DNA of 64,000 nucleotides from Chloroflexia bacterium (GTDB lineage: Bacteria; Chloroflexota; Chloroflexia; QHBQ01; JAICKM01), in the NCBI GenBank assembly GCA_038228295.1, contig JBBRPH010000021.1:9954-73953 (forward strand), given 5' to 3'. Both the position numbers and the translations under genes were made by a program. Positions 16,274 through 25,202 of this stretch are shown here, one piece after another (the first letter of the stretch is position 1; every line of letters starts with the position of its first letter). The notes under the pieces are model-generated. The model did not search any database, was not told where the DNA came from, and was given only the letters and a program-made list of their open reading frames with translations.

Positions 16274-17537
16274 ACCAGGCTACTGCCGCCAGCATAAACA
16301 ACACGCCTAGGTGCAACGGCCAGCCGGGAACAGTCGAAATCAGGGGCAAGGTGAGTGTGCCGGCGAGATAGCCGGCGACAGACCAGGGCACCAGGCGCAG
16401 CACGGCTCTCGGCCGGGGATCGGCGCGGGCGGCGCGCCAGGCTAATACTGCCGCCAGCGGCCACAGCGTCAGTTCATAGGGTAGACCGTGGGGATTGACT
16501 AGCAGCGTCGCTAGTAGCGCTGCCGCCCAGCGCCGATCCCAGCCGGCAGGGTCGGCAGCCCAGTTGCGCGCCGCGCCCCACCAAGCCCGTGTGATCCAGG
16601 CCAGCACCGCCAGACTCGCTAGCGCGGTGGCCGGCAGCACCCAGGCCGCCGGTCCGCCCGCCGCCAGAGTGAACGCGCCACGCAGGTTCTCCATCAACAC
16701 CGGTTGGATCATGCTGTTGTCGGAGCGCACCGTCGCCACGTCGGTCAACAGCCGCGCCCAGTCCCCGATCCAACCCACGCCGCCGAGCAGCGGCGTGATT
16801 GCCGTCAGCAGCACCGCACTCAACCCCGCAAAGGCGGCTAGCGTGCGCCAATGGCGCGTCAGCACCAACACGCCCAGTGGCACGATCAGCAGTTGCGGCT
16901 TGACCAATGCCAATGTCAGTGCCAGCCCGGCGGCGACCGCGCGCTCCTGGCGCAAATAGCGCAGGAACAGGGTGTAGGCCAGCAGATCCCACGGTGCCGT
17001 CTGTCCCTGGAGCAGATCCTCGTAGACGGGGAAAAAGCCGAAGCTGAGGGCGATGGCTGCCCGCGGGGCCCAGCGTCGCTCAATCGCATCACGGGCCGCC
17101 GCGCGCATTTCCGCAGCCAGCAGCCGCAGCGCGGCCAGCAGGGCCAACCCGGTTGCGCCGATCCACACGGCATAACTAATCGGCAACGGCAGTCCCGCTA
17201 GCGGGGCCAGCGCCAGCGCGAGGAACGGCAGGTGGTCATAGGGCAGCGTACCGCGCGTGTAGTGATAAGGGGCTAAGATAGCCGCTTGCGCGGTGCTTTG
17301 CGCGGCCGGATCGTAGAGCTGTGCGCCGTGCCCGGTGGCGATCAGCCGCGCGCCGGTGAGGAACGGCGGGAAATCAGTGGTGAGTAGGAAGCTGCGAAAG
17401 TCGGCCGTGTGGCGAATTTGCACCCATAGGCTGATCGCCAGCGCGCTACTGAGCGCCAGGCCCAACCCAATCAGGCCCAAGTAGACCCACACCCGGCGCG
17501 GCACCGGCTCGCTCCAGCGGATACGCGGGCGGCTCAT
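16221..17537 (-). CDS. GT87/DUF2029-like polytopic glycosyltransferase, paralog D
   Basis: LYDPAAQSTAQ, LALVKPQLLIVP and DRRWAAALL. The ATG at 17537 overlaps the upstream stop (ATGA at 17534-17537). The longer ORF to 17771 is judged an artefact. Confidence 0.65.
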   Translation of the reverse strand: MSRPRIRWSEPVPRRVWVYLGLIGLGLALSSALAISLWVQIRHTADFRSFLLTTDFPPFLTGARLIATGHGAQLYDPAAQSTAQAAILAPYHYTRGTLPYDHLPFLALALAPLAGLPLPISYAVWIGATGLALLAALRLLAAEMRAAARDAIERRWAPRAAIALSFGFFPVYEDLLQGQTAPWDLLAYTLFLRYLRQERAVAAGLALTLALVKPQLLIVPLGVLVLTRHWRTLAAFAGLSAVLLTAITPLLGGVGWIGDWARLLTDVATVRSDNSMIQPVLMENLRGAFTLAAGGPAAWVLPATALASLAVLAWITRAWWGAARNWAADPAGWDRRWAAALLATLLVNPHGLPYELTLWPLAAVLAWRAARADPRPRAVLRLVPWSVAGYLAGTLTLPLISTVPGWPLHLGVLFMLAAVAWFGRRPPADLRQVLVAGV

Positions 17538-18817
17538 GGCCGGGGAGATCGGGCGGGGCGCAACGGCCCCCACGCCGCATAGCCGAGCGTCGCCAGCACT
17601 ACCGGCGGAATAAACAGGCTCGTCCAGAGCGGGATGGTCCAGCCGCGTTGCACCGTGATCGCCGGCAGCACGGCGGCGGCCAGGGTCAAGCCAAGCGTGG
17701 CGACCCACGGCCAAGCGATCATGAACCCGGCAGCTAGAACCAGATAGCGGGTCAGGCGATCCCCGGCCCACAATTGGGCACGGCGATCCAGCAGCAGCAA
17801 TACGGCAGGCAAGAGCAGCAGTTGATTATACGGTGCCCAGGTGGGGATGATCGCCAGCGTCACCGCCGGCACTAGCGCCAGCGCCAGATTGTAGCCCGAC
17901 GTGCCGGCCGCAGCGTGACGCACCCACAGGCAGATAAACGCACCGGCGGCGATCAGCACCACACTCGCCGCCGCCCCGCCCACCGGCGTGAGCAGCAGCG
18001 TATCTACCAGTGACCGCCCGCCGGTGTAGTGCTGGTAGTCGGTCAGCGCGGCTAGGAAGCGCCCGACCCAGCCTGGCGACACCCATTCAGCGCCGCCCAG
18101 CAAAAGGGCCATCGTCGCGCCGCAGCCGAGCGCCAGGCCGCGCCGCGTCCGCCAATCGCTGAGGGTCCAGAGCGCCAGCCAGGCCACCAGCGGCAGCGCC
18201 ACCTGCGGCTTGATCGTCGCTAGCGCCAACAGTACGCCGGCGGGCACCAGGCGCCCCGCCGTCAACAGCGCCGCCACTCCCGCCAGCAACACCGCAACCA
18301 GCAAGCTCAATTGCTGCAAAGCCAAGCCCTGTCCGGTTGGGAAGCTACCCAATGTCAGCAGCGTCACCGCCAGCAGCGCCGGCCCGCCAAGCCGCGTCCG
18401 CAGCGCATAGGCCCATAGCGGCACACTGAGAACCGTCAATCCCAACAGCAACCAGATGGACACAGGCTGCACCAGCGTGAAAGGCAGTCCCAGCGTCGGA
18501 GCAAGCAAGAAAGCGACATAGATCGGGTAGGCAAAGCCCTGTTGATCATGCGGATCGCCGGGACGCTGCGGATCAAGCAGCCGGCCATAGTAGCCGATCT
18601 GAATATCACGAGTTACGGCGGCGCTATAGGGATCACGGCCCTGCTCAAGCAACTCCTTCGCCCCTAGCCAGCGCGGGTAGAGGTCGGACAGGTTGCCGCG
18701 CGGCGTACCGCTGGTCTGCGCCTCTCGGACTTGCATCGGGATCAGCACGCCCAGAATATAATAGCCCATGCTGAGGGCCAGCACCAGCGCCGGCACAACC
18801 ACCGCCCAACGGCGCAC
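17534..18817 (-). CDS. GT87/DUF2029-like polytopic glycosyltransferase, paralog E
   Basis: LATIKPQVALPLV motif and about 10 TM segments. The GTG start at 18817 directly abuts the purQ stop codon at 18818-18820. Confidence 0.65.
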   Translation of the reverse strand: MRRWAVVVPALVLALSMGYYILGVLIPMQVREAQTSGTPRGNLSDLYPRWLGAKELLEQGRDPYSAAVTRDIQIGYYGRLLDPQRPGDPHDQQGFAYPIYVAFLLAPTLGLPFTLVQPVSIWLLLGLTVLSVPLWAYALRTRLGGPALLAVTLLTLGSFPTGQGLALQQLSLLVAVLLAGVAALLTAGRLVPAGVLLALATIKPQVALPLVAWLALWTLSDWRTRRGLALGCGATMALLLGGAEWVSPGWVGRFLAALTDYQHYTGGRSLVDTLLLTPVGGAAASVVLIAAGAFICLWVRHAAAGTSGYNLALALVPAVTLAIIPTWAPYNQLLLLPAVLLLLDRRAQLWAGDRLTRYLVLAAGFMIAWPWVATLGLTLAAAVLPAITVQRGWTIPLWTSLFIPPVVLATLGYAAWGPLRPARSPRP

Positions 18818-19558
18818 CTAGCGGCCTGCCGCGACCGGGCGCAGATCTGCGGCACCCCGGCAAGCCGCGATCAGCGCATGAAACAGATGCAGCCCATCGG
18901 TCATACCCAGCAGGGCTTCGCCCGCACGCTCCGGGTGCGGCATCAGTCCCAGCACATTGCCTGCCGGATTGCACAGCCCGGCGATGCCGTGGCTCGATCC
19001 GTTAGGGTTCGCCGCGTCTGTGATCGCGCCGCCTGCGTCGCAATACCGCAACACGACCTGGCGCTGCGCCTCGATCTCGGCCAGCGTCTCCGGGCCGGCG
19101 AAATAGCGGCCCTCGCCGTGGGCAATGGGCAGCCGCCAGACCGCGCCGCTCGGCACGTCCTGCGTGAAGGGCGTAGCCGTTGCGTCCGGCTCCACCCGCA
19201 CCTGAATGGGGCGGCAGGAGAAAGCCAGCTCGCCGTTGCGGAGCAGCGCCCCCGGTAGTAGACCCGCTTCGGCCAGGATCTGGAAGCCGTTGCAGATGCC
19301 CAACACCGGTCCACCCGCCGCCGCGAACACCCGCAGCGCGCCCATAACCGGCGCGAACCGGGCGATGGCGCCTGCTCGCAAATAATCGCCGTAACTGAAG
19401 CCGCCCGGCAGGATCAGGCAATCATAGCCCGCCAGGCGGCTCTCGCCATGCCAGACGGCCTCCGTCGGCACACCCAATACCTCATTTAGCAAATACAGGC
19501 AGTCCTGGTCCCCGTTTGAGCCGGGAAACACCAGCACGCCAAATTTCAGTTGCGCCAT
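18818..19558 (-). CDS. purQ: Phosphoribosylformylglycinamidine synthase, glutaminase subunit PurQ
   Basis: KFGVLVFPGSNGDQD, the nucleophile-elbow GICNGFQIL, and MPHPER. Confidence 0.9.
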   Translation of the reverse strand: MAQLKFGVLVFPGSNGDQDCLYLLNEVLGVPTEAVWHGESRLAGYDCLILPGGFSYGDYLRAGAIARFAPVMGALRVFAAAGGPVLGICNGFQILAEAGLLPGALLRNGELAFSCRPIQVRVEPDATATPFTQDVPSGAVWRLPIAHGEGRYFAGPETLAEIEAQRQVVLRYCDAGGAITDAANPNGSSHGIAGLCNPAGNVLGLMPHPERAGEALLGMTDGLHLFHALIAACRGAADLRPVAAGR

Positions 19559-19699
19559 GCCGTGATCTCTCTCCCCTTGCCTATTCCGCTATGTCGTGAA
19601 TCGCTCCTGCTGATTCTACAAGCAAGCTCGCCATTACGCAAGCCGCCATCCGCCGGATATGTTATCATAGGGCTATCATCGCTACAAAGGAGCCGGCCC

Positions 19700-20119
19700 A
19701 TGGTTACGATCGAGCAACTGAACGCCCGCAGTCTCGGCACGCTGCCCGGCCTGATCGGCATCGAATTCACCGCCCTGGTCACGGGCCGGTTGACCGGCCG
19801 CCTGACCCTGCGCCCGGAACTGCTGGCCCCCAACGGCTACCTGCACGCAGCCACCCTGATCGCCCTGGCCGACACCAGTTGCGGCTACGGCACCTTTGCC
19901 CATTTGCCGCCCGGTGCACACAACTTCACCACGGTCGAACTCAAGACCAACTTTCTCGGCACCCTGCGCGCCGGTGTGATCGAGTGCGACGCAATGTTGG
20001 TCCACGGCGGGCGCACCACCCAAGTCTGGGACGCGACCGTGCGCGATGCAGCGACCGAGGCCACACTAGCCCTATTCCGCTGCACGCAGTTGCTGCTCTA
20101 CCCGCGCCCGCCGGCCTGA
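19700..20119 (+). CDS. PaaI/hotdog-fold thioesterase
   Basis: AAAGGAG RBS at 19686-19692. GIEF.....G...G.L.......N..G.LHGG....LAD-like pattern (here LHAATLIALADTSCGY) and VHGGRTTQVWDATV are typical of the PaaI family. Confidence 0.75.
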   Translation: MVTIEQLNARSLGTLPGLIGIEFTALVTGRLTGRLTLRPELLAPNGYLHAATLIALADTSCGYGTFAHLPPGAHNFTTVELKTNFLGTLRAGVIECDAMLVHGGRTTQVWDATVRDAATEATLALFRCTQLLLYPRPPA

Positions 20120-20123
20120 TCGA

Positions 20124-21779
20124 TCAGCGGGCCACATACAACACCGCTTGCCTGTCGCCATAAACGCGCTGCCACCCCGCTGCCGCGCTCAGAATGGTGT
20201 CCAGCGGTGCATGAGGGCGGATCAGCACAGCATTGACCCCATAGCGAGCGAACAGGCTGCGCCAGTCGTGGCCGGCCGTCGCGGCGATATAGCGGTCGAA
20301 GATCGAGTTGTAGGGATCGGCCCGCCCGTCAATAAACACCGGCCGGCCGCGCGCGATCAGATAGCCGCCCCAGCCGTATTCATGGAACAGATGGAGCGGC
20401 TGCGGCAGGTCGGTGCGGTGCGCGTCCAGATAGGTCACGGCGGCGGCGGGATAATCGCGCTCCAGCGGCGCAGAGTGAACTTGGGCGCGCCCGTTGGTCA
20501 GCATCACCCCGGCCAGCAGCAGACTGAACCCGAAGTACACCCCGACGTTGAGGCGACCCATCCAAGCGGGCGCGGACCTCTCCCGCCACCCCTCCCCTAA
20601 AGCCGGTGAGGGTGGGGATAGGAAATTACCCAGGCGCGGCCACAACTGGAGCAACCGCCCAGCGACAGCCACGGCCCACACCATGCCGTACAGCGGCAGA
20701 AAGCGGCCCGCTTGCAACGCCATCAGGGTGAAGCCGCCCAGCATGAGCAGGAACGCCGCGTTGCCCCCGGCGCGTAGCCTTAACTCCCCGCTCCCCTTCC
20801 CCCTGAAGGAAGGAGGAGACCGCTTCCCTCCCGCTGTAGAGGAGGAGGGGGAGCGGGCGGCGGGCCGGCGCACGCTGCCCAGCACCAACAACGCAAGGAG
20901 GCTGGCGAGCAGTGGCAGCGATTGCAGCGTGCGGAAGTCAGGTGGCTGCCACTCTTGCACGTAATGTAACGAGGGATTGCCGCCCGGCCCACTCAGATAG
21001 GTCAGCGGATAGAGCCAGAGGTCCAGGCCGTTGGGATTGAGCAGCGATAGGCCCGCGCAGGCGGCGGTGACAAGCAGCAGCGGACGCAAGGGCGCGGAGG
21101 GCCGGCCGAGAATCCGGTTGATCGCTTCGCCGACAACGGCGGCTCCCAGCAGCAGCAGTCCCACCGTAAAGCCGGCATGAACATTGGCCCACACCAGCAT
21201 CAGCGGCGGCAGCAGCCACAGCCGGCGATCCGCGCCCACGCAATGATAACGCAGCAATACGGCCAGGAAAATCACGCAGAACAGAGTGGTCACGACCTGT
21301 GGACGCACGCCCCAGGTCGGCGCGTCTAGGATCAGCGCCATGCCCATTACACCGACCGCTAGCGGGCGCCCGGCCCCTGCGGCGCGCATTAGGCGGAACA
21401 GCAGCAAATAAACGCTAACTGTGATCAGGCCGAACAGCAGCACGTTGGCTGCGTAACCGAGCGTCTGCTCGATGGCGTACATCACGGCTTCTAGCAGCCA
21501 CTGCTGCATGATCCAGCGTGCGCCGGGTACGGTATAGGAGTAGAGGTCGCCCTGCGGCACGCGCCCCAGCGTCCACACCAAGCGGCCGTTTTGCAGGTGC
21601 CACCACACATCAGGGTCGGTAGGAGTCCAAAAATAGGCTAGCAATACCACCGTCAACAGCAGTGCCCCGATCAGCAGCGCCCGATCAAACCCGGCCACGC
21701 CGCGCCCAACGACTGATCTTAACCGACCCAATTGCCGCGCACCGACTGAAGCGTCCAGACCAGCAACCAACTGACCCAA
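20124..21779 (-). CDS. Large polytopic membrane protein, probable GT-C-type glycosyltransferase (family not recognised), with hairpin-repeat insertions
   Basis: About 12 hydrophobic segments. N-terminal loop DPDVWWHLQNGR...GRVPQGDLYSYT, plus a C-terminal soluble domain. The true start may be the GTG at 21698. Confidence 0.5.
   Translation of the reverse strand: MGQLVAGLDASVGARQLGRLRSVVGRGVAGFDRALLIGALLLTVVLLAYFWTPTDPDVWWHLQNGRLVWTLGRVPQGDLYSYTVPGARWIMQQWLLEAVMYAIEQTLGYAANVLLFGLITVSVYLLLFRLMRAAGAGRPLAVGVMGMALILDAPTWGVRPQVVTTLFCVIFLAVLLRYHCVGADRRLWLLPPLMLVWANVHAGFTVGLLLLGAAVVGEAINRILGRPSAPLRPLLLVTAACAGLSLLNPNGLDLWLYPLTYLSGPGGNPSLHYVQEWQPPDFRTLQSLPLLASLLALLVLGSVRRPAARSPSSSTAGGKRSPPSFRGKGSGELRLRAGGNAAFLLMLGGFTLMALQAGRFLPLYGMVWAVAVAGRLLQLWPRLGNFLSPPSPALGEGWRERSAPAWMGRLNVGVYFGFSLLLAGVMLTNGRAQVHSAPLERDYPAAAVTYLDAHRTDLPQPLHLFHEYGWGGYLIARGRPVFIDGRADPYNSIFDRYIAATAGHDWRSLFARYGVNAVLIRPHAPLDTILSAAAGWQRVYGDRQAVLYVAR
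20586..20857. repeat. Three C-tract/G-tract hairpins inside the membrane-protein gene
   Basis: Stems are CCACCC(C)TC/GAGGGTGG (20586-20616), CCTTCC/GGAAGG (20795-20813) and CCCTCC/GGAGGG (20826-20849), with a possible outer stem CCCGCTCCCC/GGGGAGCGGG. Translated as SPPSPALGEGWRERS and GGKRSPPSFRGKGSGE. Confidence 0.7.
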
Positions 21780-22210
21780 AACAGGATGATCGCCAGATGC
21801 ACCCAGCGTGGTCGCCGGCCGGCCCAGAGCGCTAGCACGAGGAAGCAGGGAAAGGCCGACAAAACATAGCGCGAGACACTAACCAACGGGAAATCGGCCC
21901 GTATATGAAACCAACTGGACAACAACACTAGCGCAGCGAACAGCCCATAGCCGGCCCGCACACGAAAAGCGGCAATAGTCAGCGCCGTGAAGCCAAGCAG
22001 CACCGCCAGATCGAAGCTGTTGATCGTCAATTGTCCTGCGCCTACCACCTTTTGCACGGCGGTGAGCAGCGTTTCGCCCGGCCAGGTGGTGCGCTGCTGC
22101 CATTGGAGGCTTGCGCGCGTGAACCAGGAGACGGGATCATGCACACCCAAAGCCAGATAAATGAAAAAAGCAGCCGTAGCCAACCCACCCGCCGCCACTA
22201 CCGCGAGCAC
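21719..22210 (-). CDS. C-terminal fragment of a disrupted PIG-V-like (GT76-type) mannosyltransferase paralog
   Basis: Aligns by eye to the last ~160 aa of the intact paralog at 23024-24274 (FTINKFDL / LTINSFDL, RFVLVAFPCFLVLAQWAGR / RYVLSAFPCFLVLALWAGR). Confidence 0.6.
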   Translation of the reverse strand: MLAVVAAGGLATAAFFIYLALGVHDPVSWFTRASLQWQQRTTWPGETLLTAVQKVVGAGQLTINSFDLAVLLGFTALTIAAFRVRAGYGLFAALVLLSSWFHIRADFPLVSVSRYVLSAFPCFLVLALWAGRRPRWVHLAIILFWVSWLLVWTLQSVRGNWVG

Positions 22211-22689
22211 AGTAGCCCAGTGCCGTAGTCGGTGTACGCAGCATACAGGAAAAAGGCAGTGGGGAAAAGGGCCACATACGCTACTGTCCTTCCCACTGTC
22301 GTTACATTATACTCCACTTGGATCAAGCGATAGAGCAACGTGAACGCCACCGCCGCCGCTACACTCCCCACCAGTACCCCGGCCGGCGCAATATTGCCGG
22401 TCAATGTATTGATAGCGCGCATTAGTAATGGTAGCAGCGGGAAGAAAGCAGTGCTGCCTTCGGTGCCATAGCCACGCACGGCGATCTTTTCATACCAGAG
22501 TGCGTCTTCGCGTTCCCACGGAGCCGACCAACCGCTACCCTGTAGCGGAAAGCCGACATGAGCATATTGCCGACCCAAGTCAGCCGGCGGGAAGCGAACT
22601 AGGACAAAGACCGCCCATAGCCCTAGGCCGATCCGCAGTGCCGTCACCGTGCCCACCCCCACCAGCAGCGGGATGCGCCACGCACTCAC
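22198..22689 (-). CDS. N-terminal fragment of the same disrupted PIG-V-like paralog
   Basis: Aligns to the first ~190 aa of the paralog (APWEREDALWYEKIAVRGY / APWEQQDAIWYEKIAALGY; FPLLPLL; LFPTAFFLYAA). It ends in a different frame from the C-terminal fragment. The start overlaps the purS stop (ATGA). Confidence 0.6.
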   Translation of the reverse strand: MSAWRIPLLVGVGTVTALRIGLGLWAVFVLVRFPPADLGRQYAHVGFPLQGSGWSAPWEREDALWYEKIAVRGYGTEGSTAFFPLLPLLMRAINTLTGNIAPAGVLVGSVAAAVAFTLLYRLIQVEYNVTTVGRTVAYVALFPTAFFLYAAYTDYGTGLLCSR

Positions 22690-22958
22690 CGGGGCTGGGG
22701 ATCTTCGATATCAAATTGCTCGATCACGGGGTTGCTCAACAGGCGTCGCGCCATTTCATCGGCTGCCGCACGCGCCCCCGCCGCATCGGGCGCGGCTAGA
22801 TCCAAGTCAATTACCTTGCCGACGCGCACAGTCGCCACATCGCGATAGCCCAACTGCCGCAGGGCGTCGCGCACCGCCAGTCCCTGCGGGTCGTTAACCA
22901 CCGGTTTCAACGTCACATGAACCCGCACGGTGAAGCGGGTCGCGGTTTGTTGTTCCAT
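22686..22958 (-). CDS. purS: Phosphoribosylformylglycinamidine synthase subunit PurS
   Basis: ~90 aa. V.V.LKP.V.DPQG.AV..AL..LGY..V..VRVGK...L.L, ending LSNPVIE.F.I, is typical of PurS. Confidence 0.9.
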   Translation of the reverse strand: MEQQTATRFTVRVHVTLKPVVNDPQGLAVRDALRQLGYRDVATVRVGKVIDLDLAAPDAAGARAAADEMARRLLSNPVIEQFDIEDPQPR

Positions 22959-22970
22959 AACTCCCCCTAT

Positions 22971-23005
22971 TACGTAATGCGTAATATGTCATGTGTTAAT
23001 GTCGA
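22971..23005 (+). repeat. Heptad tract (TACGTAA TGCGTAA TATGTCA TGTGTTA ATGTCGA) between the PIG-V-like gene and purS
   Basis: 7-nt periodicity seen directly. AT-rich patch in a 65-nt intergenic gap. Confidence 0.7.
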
Positions 23006-23023
23006 TTCAGAACGTAGAACCGA

Positions 23024-24274
23024 TCAAGCAACCCAGTGGCCGTGAACAAAGACCATGACCCACACCAGCATTAGGCTGATCCAGAAGGTGATAATTAGCA
23101 AATGCACCAAACGTGGTAGCCGACCGGCCCATTGGGCTAACACTAGAAAGCAGGGGAACGCGACCAGCACGAAGCGCGTGGCGCTCATCAGCGGAAAGCT
23201 GTTATTCGTGTGACCCCAGACGGCCGCCAGGATTGTTGCGGCATAAAGGCCGTAACTAAGGCGGACACGCAACGCGGCGATGGTTAGTGCACTGAACAGT
23301 AGGGTCACGATCAGGTCGAATTTATTGATCGTAAACCCCTGTTCACTCACGAACTTGCCTACCGCAGCTGCAAGTGTGGCCCAGGGCCAACTGACGTGCT
23401 GTTCCGACAGCACAGTCTGTCCTTGCAGATAGCCCAATGGATCCCGCACGATATTGGTAAGATAAACGAAAAAGGCTTCGGTGGTCAACGCCCCTGCGAC
23501 TGCCAGCGCAGCGACGGGTAGTAGGTGCCGCTGTGCAAAAGGCGGCCGGCCGCGCCCCCAGTGCCGGAGGGTCGGTCGCCAGCCGCACAAGTATAGATAT
23601 TCGACCGCTAGGGGCAGACCCAGGAAGGCACCCTGAATTTTGGTCAGCCCAGCTAGGGCCACCAAGCCCGCCGCCGGCAGCCAGCGGCCACTGCGGATAG
23701 TCCAGAATGCGCCCAGCACAAGAGCCAGGAATAACGACTCGGTAAACGCCGCGTACAGAAAGAAGGCGGTGGGAAATAGAGCTAGGTAGCCCAACGTCCG
23801 CCCAGCCGTCAACGCGGCGGTATCCGTCTCGACTAACCGGTAGAGCAGGGTAAAAGCGACGAGCGCTGCCAGCGTGCCGGCCAAAAGCCCGGCGGCCGCC
23901 ATGTTGCCCAGAGTAAGCAGACTGAGGAGCCGTATTACCAGGGGTAATAGGGGGGAAAAGCGTGCGGTTCCGGTTTGGGGAGCGTAGCCGAGTGCGGCGA
24001 TCTTTTCGTACCAGATCGCATCTTGCTGTTCCCACGGGGCAACTAGCCCGGTACCCTGCAAAGGATACTCAACATACGCATATTGGGCAGCTAGGTCAGG
24101 GGTGGGCAGAAGTAGGCCGATCAGCAGCACCCAACTACTTAAGAGCAATCGGGTGCCGACCACAGCGACCAATGCCCACAAAAACGCCCGCCGCCATGCC
24201 GCCCATCCTGTGATAACCACCGTATCCGGCGACACCTTACCTGCTAGGGCTATATCAGGCTCCATTACGCACAT
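23024..24274 (-). CDS. PIG-V-like (GT76/Mannosyl_trans2-type) polytopic mannosyltransferase
   Basis: WEQQDAIWYEKIAALGY......ARFSPLLPL matches the W(D/E)..WY..IA..GY....FFPL.P signature. About 10 TM segments. The 5' end overlaps the purC 3' end by 11-20 nt. Confidence 0.6.
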   Translation of the reverse strand: MCVMEPDIALAGKVSPDTVVITGWAAWRRAFLWALVAVVGTRLLLSSWVLLIGLLLPTPDLAAQYAYVEYPLQGTGLVAPWEQQDAIWYEKIAALGYAPQTGTARFSPLLPLVIRLLSLLTLGNMAAAGLLAGTLAALVAFTLLYRLVETDTAALTAGRTLGYLALFPTAFFLYAAFTESLFLALVLGAFWTIRSGRWLPAAGLVALAGLTKIQGAFLGLPLAVEYLYLCGWRPTLRHWGRGRPPFAQRHLLPVAALAVAGALTTEAFFVYLTNIVRDPLGYLQGQTVLSEQHVSWPWATLAAAVGKFVSEQGFTINKFDLIVTLLFSALTIAALRVRLSYGLYAATILAAVWGHTNNSFPLMSATRFVLVAFPCFLVLAQWAGRLPRLVHLLIITFWISLMLVWVMVFVHGHWVA

Positions 24275-25202
24275 TCTTGCGCGGGGGCAGCACGCCGCCC
24301 GTCAGGCGGGTGTACGCTTCGTGGTAGAGCGCGGCGGTGCGGGCGATGACGGCGGGGGGTAGCGCCGGGGCAGGAGCCGTGCGGTCCCAGCCACTAGCGA
24401 CCAGCCAATCACGCACATATTGCTTGTCGAAGCTAGGCTGAGGACCGCCGGGCGCATAGTGGGCTGCGTCCCAGAAGCGTGAGCTATCGGGAGTCAGCAG
24501 TTCATCAATCAGGATAATCTTATCATCGAGCCGGCCGAACTCCATTTTGGTGTCGGCGATAATGATCCCGCGCGTGTGCGCATAGGCAGCGGCCTCGCGG
24601 TAGATCGCCAAGCTGGCGGCACGTAACTGCTCGGCGGTGTCCTCGCCCACCAGCATGACTAGTCGGGTGAATGAAATCGGCTCATCATGACCGTGGTCGG
24701 CTTTGGTGGTCGGGGTGAAGATCGGCTCCGGCAACGGTGCGCTTTCGACTAGGCCGGCCGGTAAGGCCACACCGCCGGCCGCCCGCCCGCCGCCGGCCTG
24801 GTATTCAGTCCAAGCCGAGCCGGCCAGGTAGCCACGCACCACACACTCGATGTCGATCCGCCGCGTGCGCCGCACCAGCATCGTGCGCCCGGCTAGTTTA
24901 GCCTTTTCGCCCACCGGCCAGTCGGCCGTATCAAACGGATAGGCGGCGGGATCGCTGCTGATCAGATGATTGGGCAATAAGTCGCGCGTGCGCGCAAACC
25001 AGAAAGCGGAAAGTTGCGTCAGCACCACGCCGCGCCCTGGTATACCGTCCGGCAGCATCACATCAAACGCCGAAAGGCGGTCGGTGGCGACCATCAGCAG
25101 CCGGTTGCCCAACTCGTAGGTGTCGCGCACCTTACCGCGACCAAATGACGGCAAGGGGAAGTCAGTTTCGGTGACGGCCGGCAAGGCAGCGGGATTGTTC
25201 AC
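24255..25202 (-). CDS. purC: Phosphoribosylaminoimidazole-succinocarboxamide (SAICAR) synthase PurC
   Basis: GKVRDTYE......LMVATDRLSAFD, GYL.GS.W.EY, ADTKMEFG and LIDE..TPDSSRFW. Confidence 0.9.
   Translation of the reverse strand: MNNPAALPAVTETDFPLPSFGRGKVRDTYELGNRLLMVATDRLSAFDVMLPDGIPGRGVVLTQLSAFWFARTRDLLPNHLISSDPAAYPFDTADWPVGEKAKLAGRTMLVRRTRRIDIECVVRGYLAGSAWTEYQAGGGRAAGGVALPAGLVESAPLPEPIFTPTTKADHGHDEPISFTRLVMLVGEDTAEQLRAASLAIYREAAAYAHTRGIIIADTKMEFGRLDDKIILIDELLTPDSSRFWDAAHYAPGGPQPSFDKQYVRDWLVASGWDRTAPAPALPPAVIARTAALYHEAYTRLTGGVLPPRKNVRNGA

Noticed and set aside
18645-19421. Several overlapping ORFs in other frames across purQ (18645-18974, 18731-19258, 18943-19314 and 19002-19421).
   Set aside because: purQ is unambiguous (GICNGFQ and MPHPER motifs). 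The others are frame artefacts.
19559-19699. Possible purine riboswitch or PurR box in the purQ leader.
   Set aside because: Reading the minus strand, I could not find the conserved purine-riboswitch junction sequences or any strong three-way-junction fold. The interval looks like an ordinary divergent promoter region.
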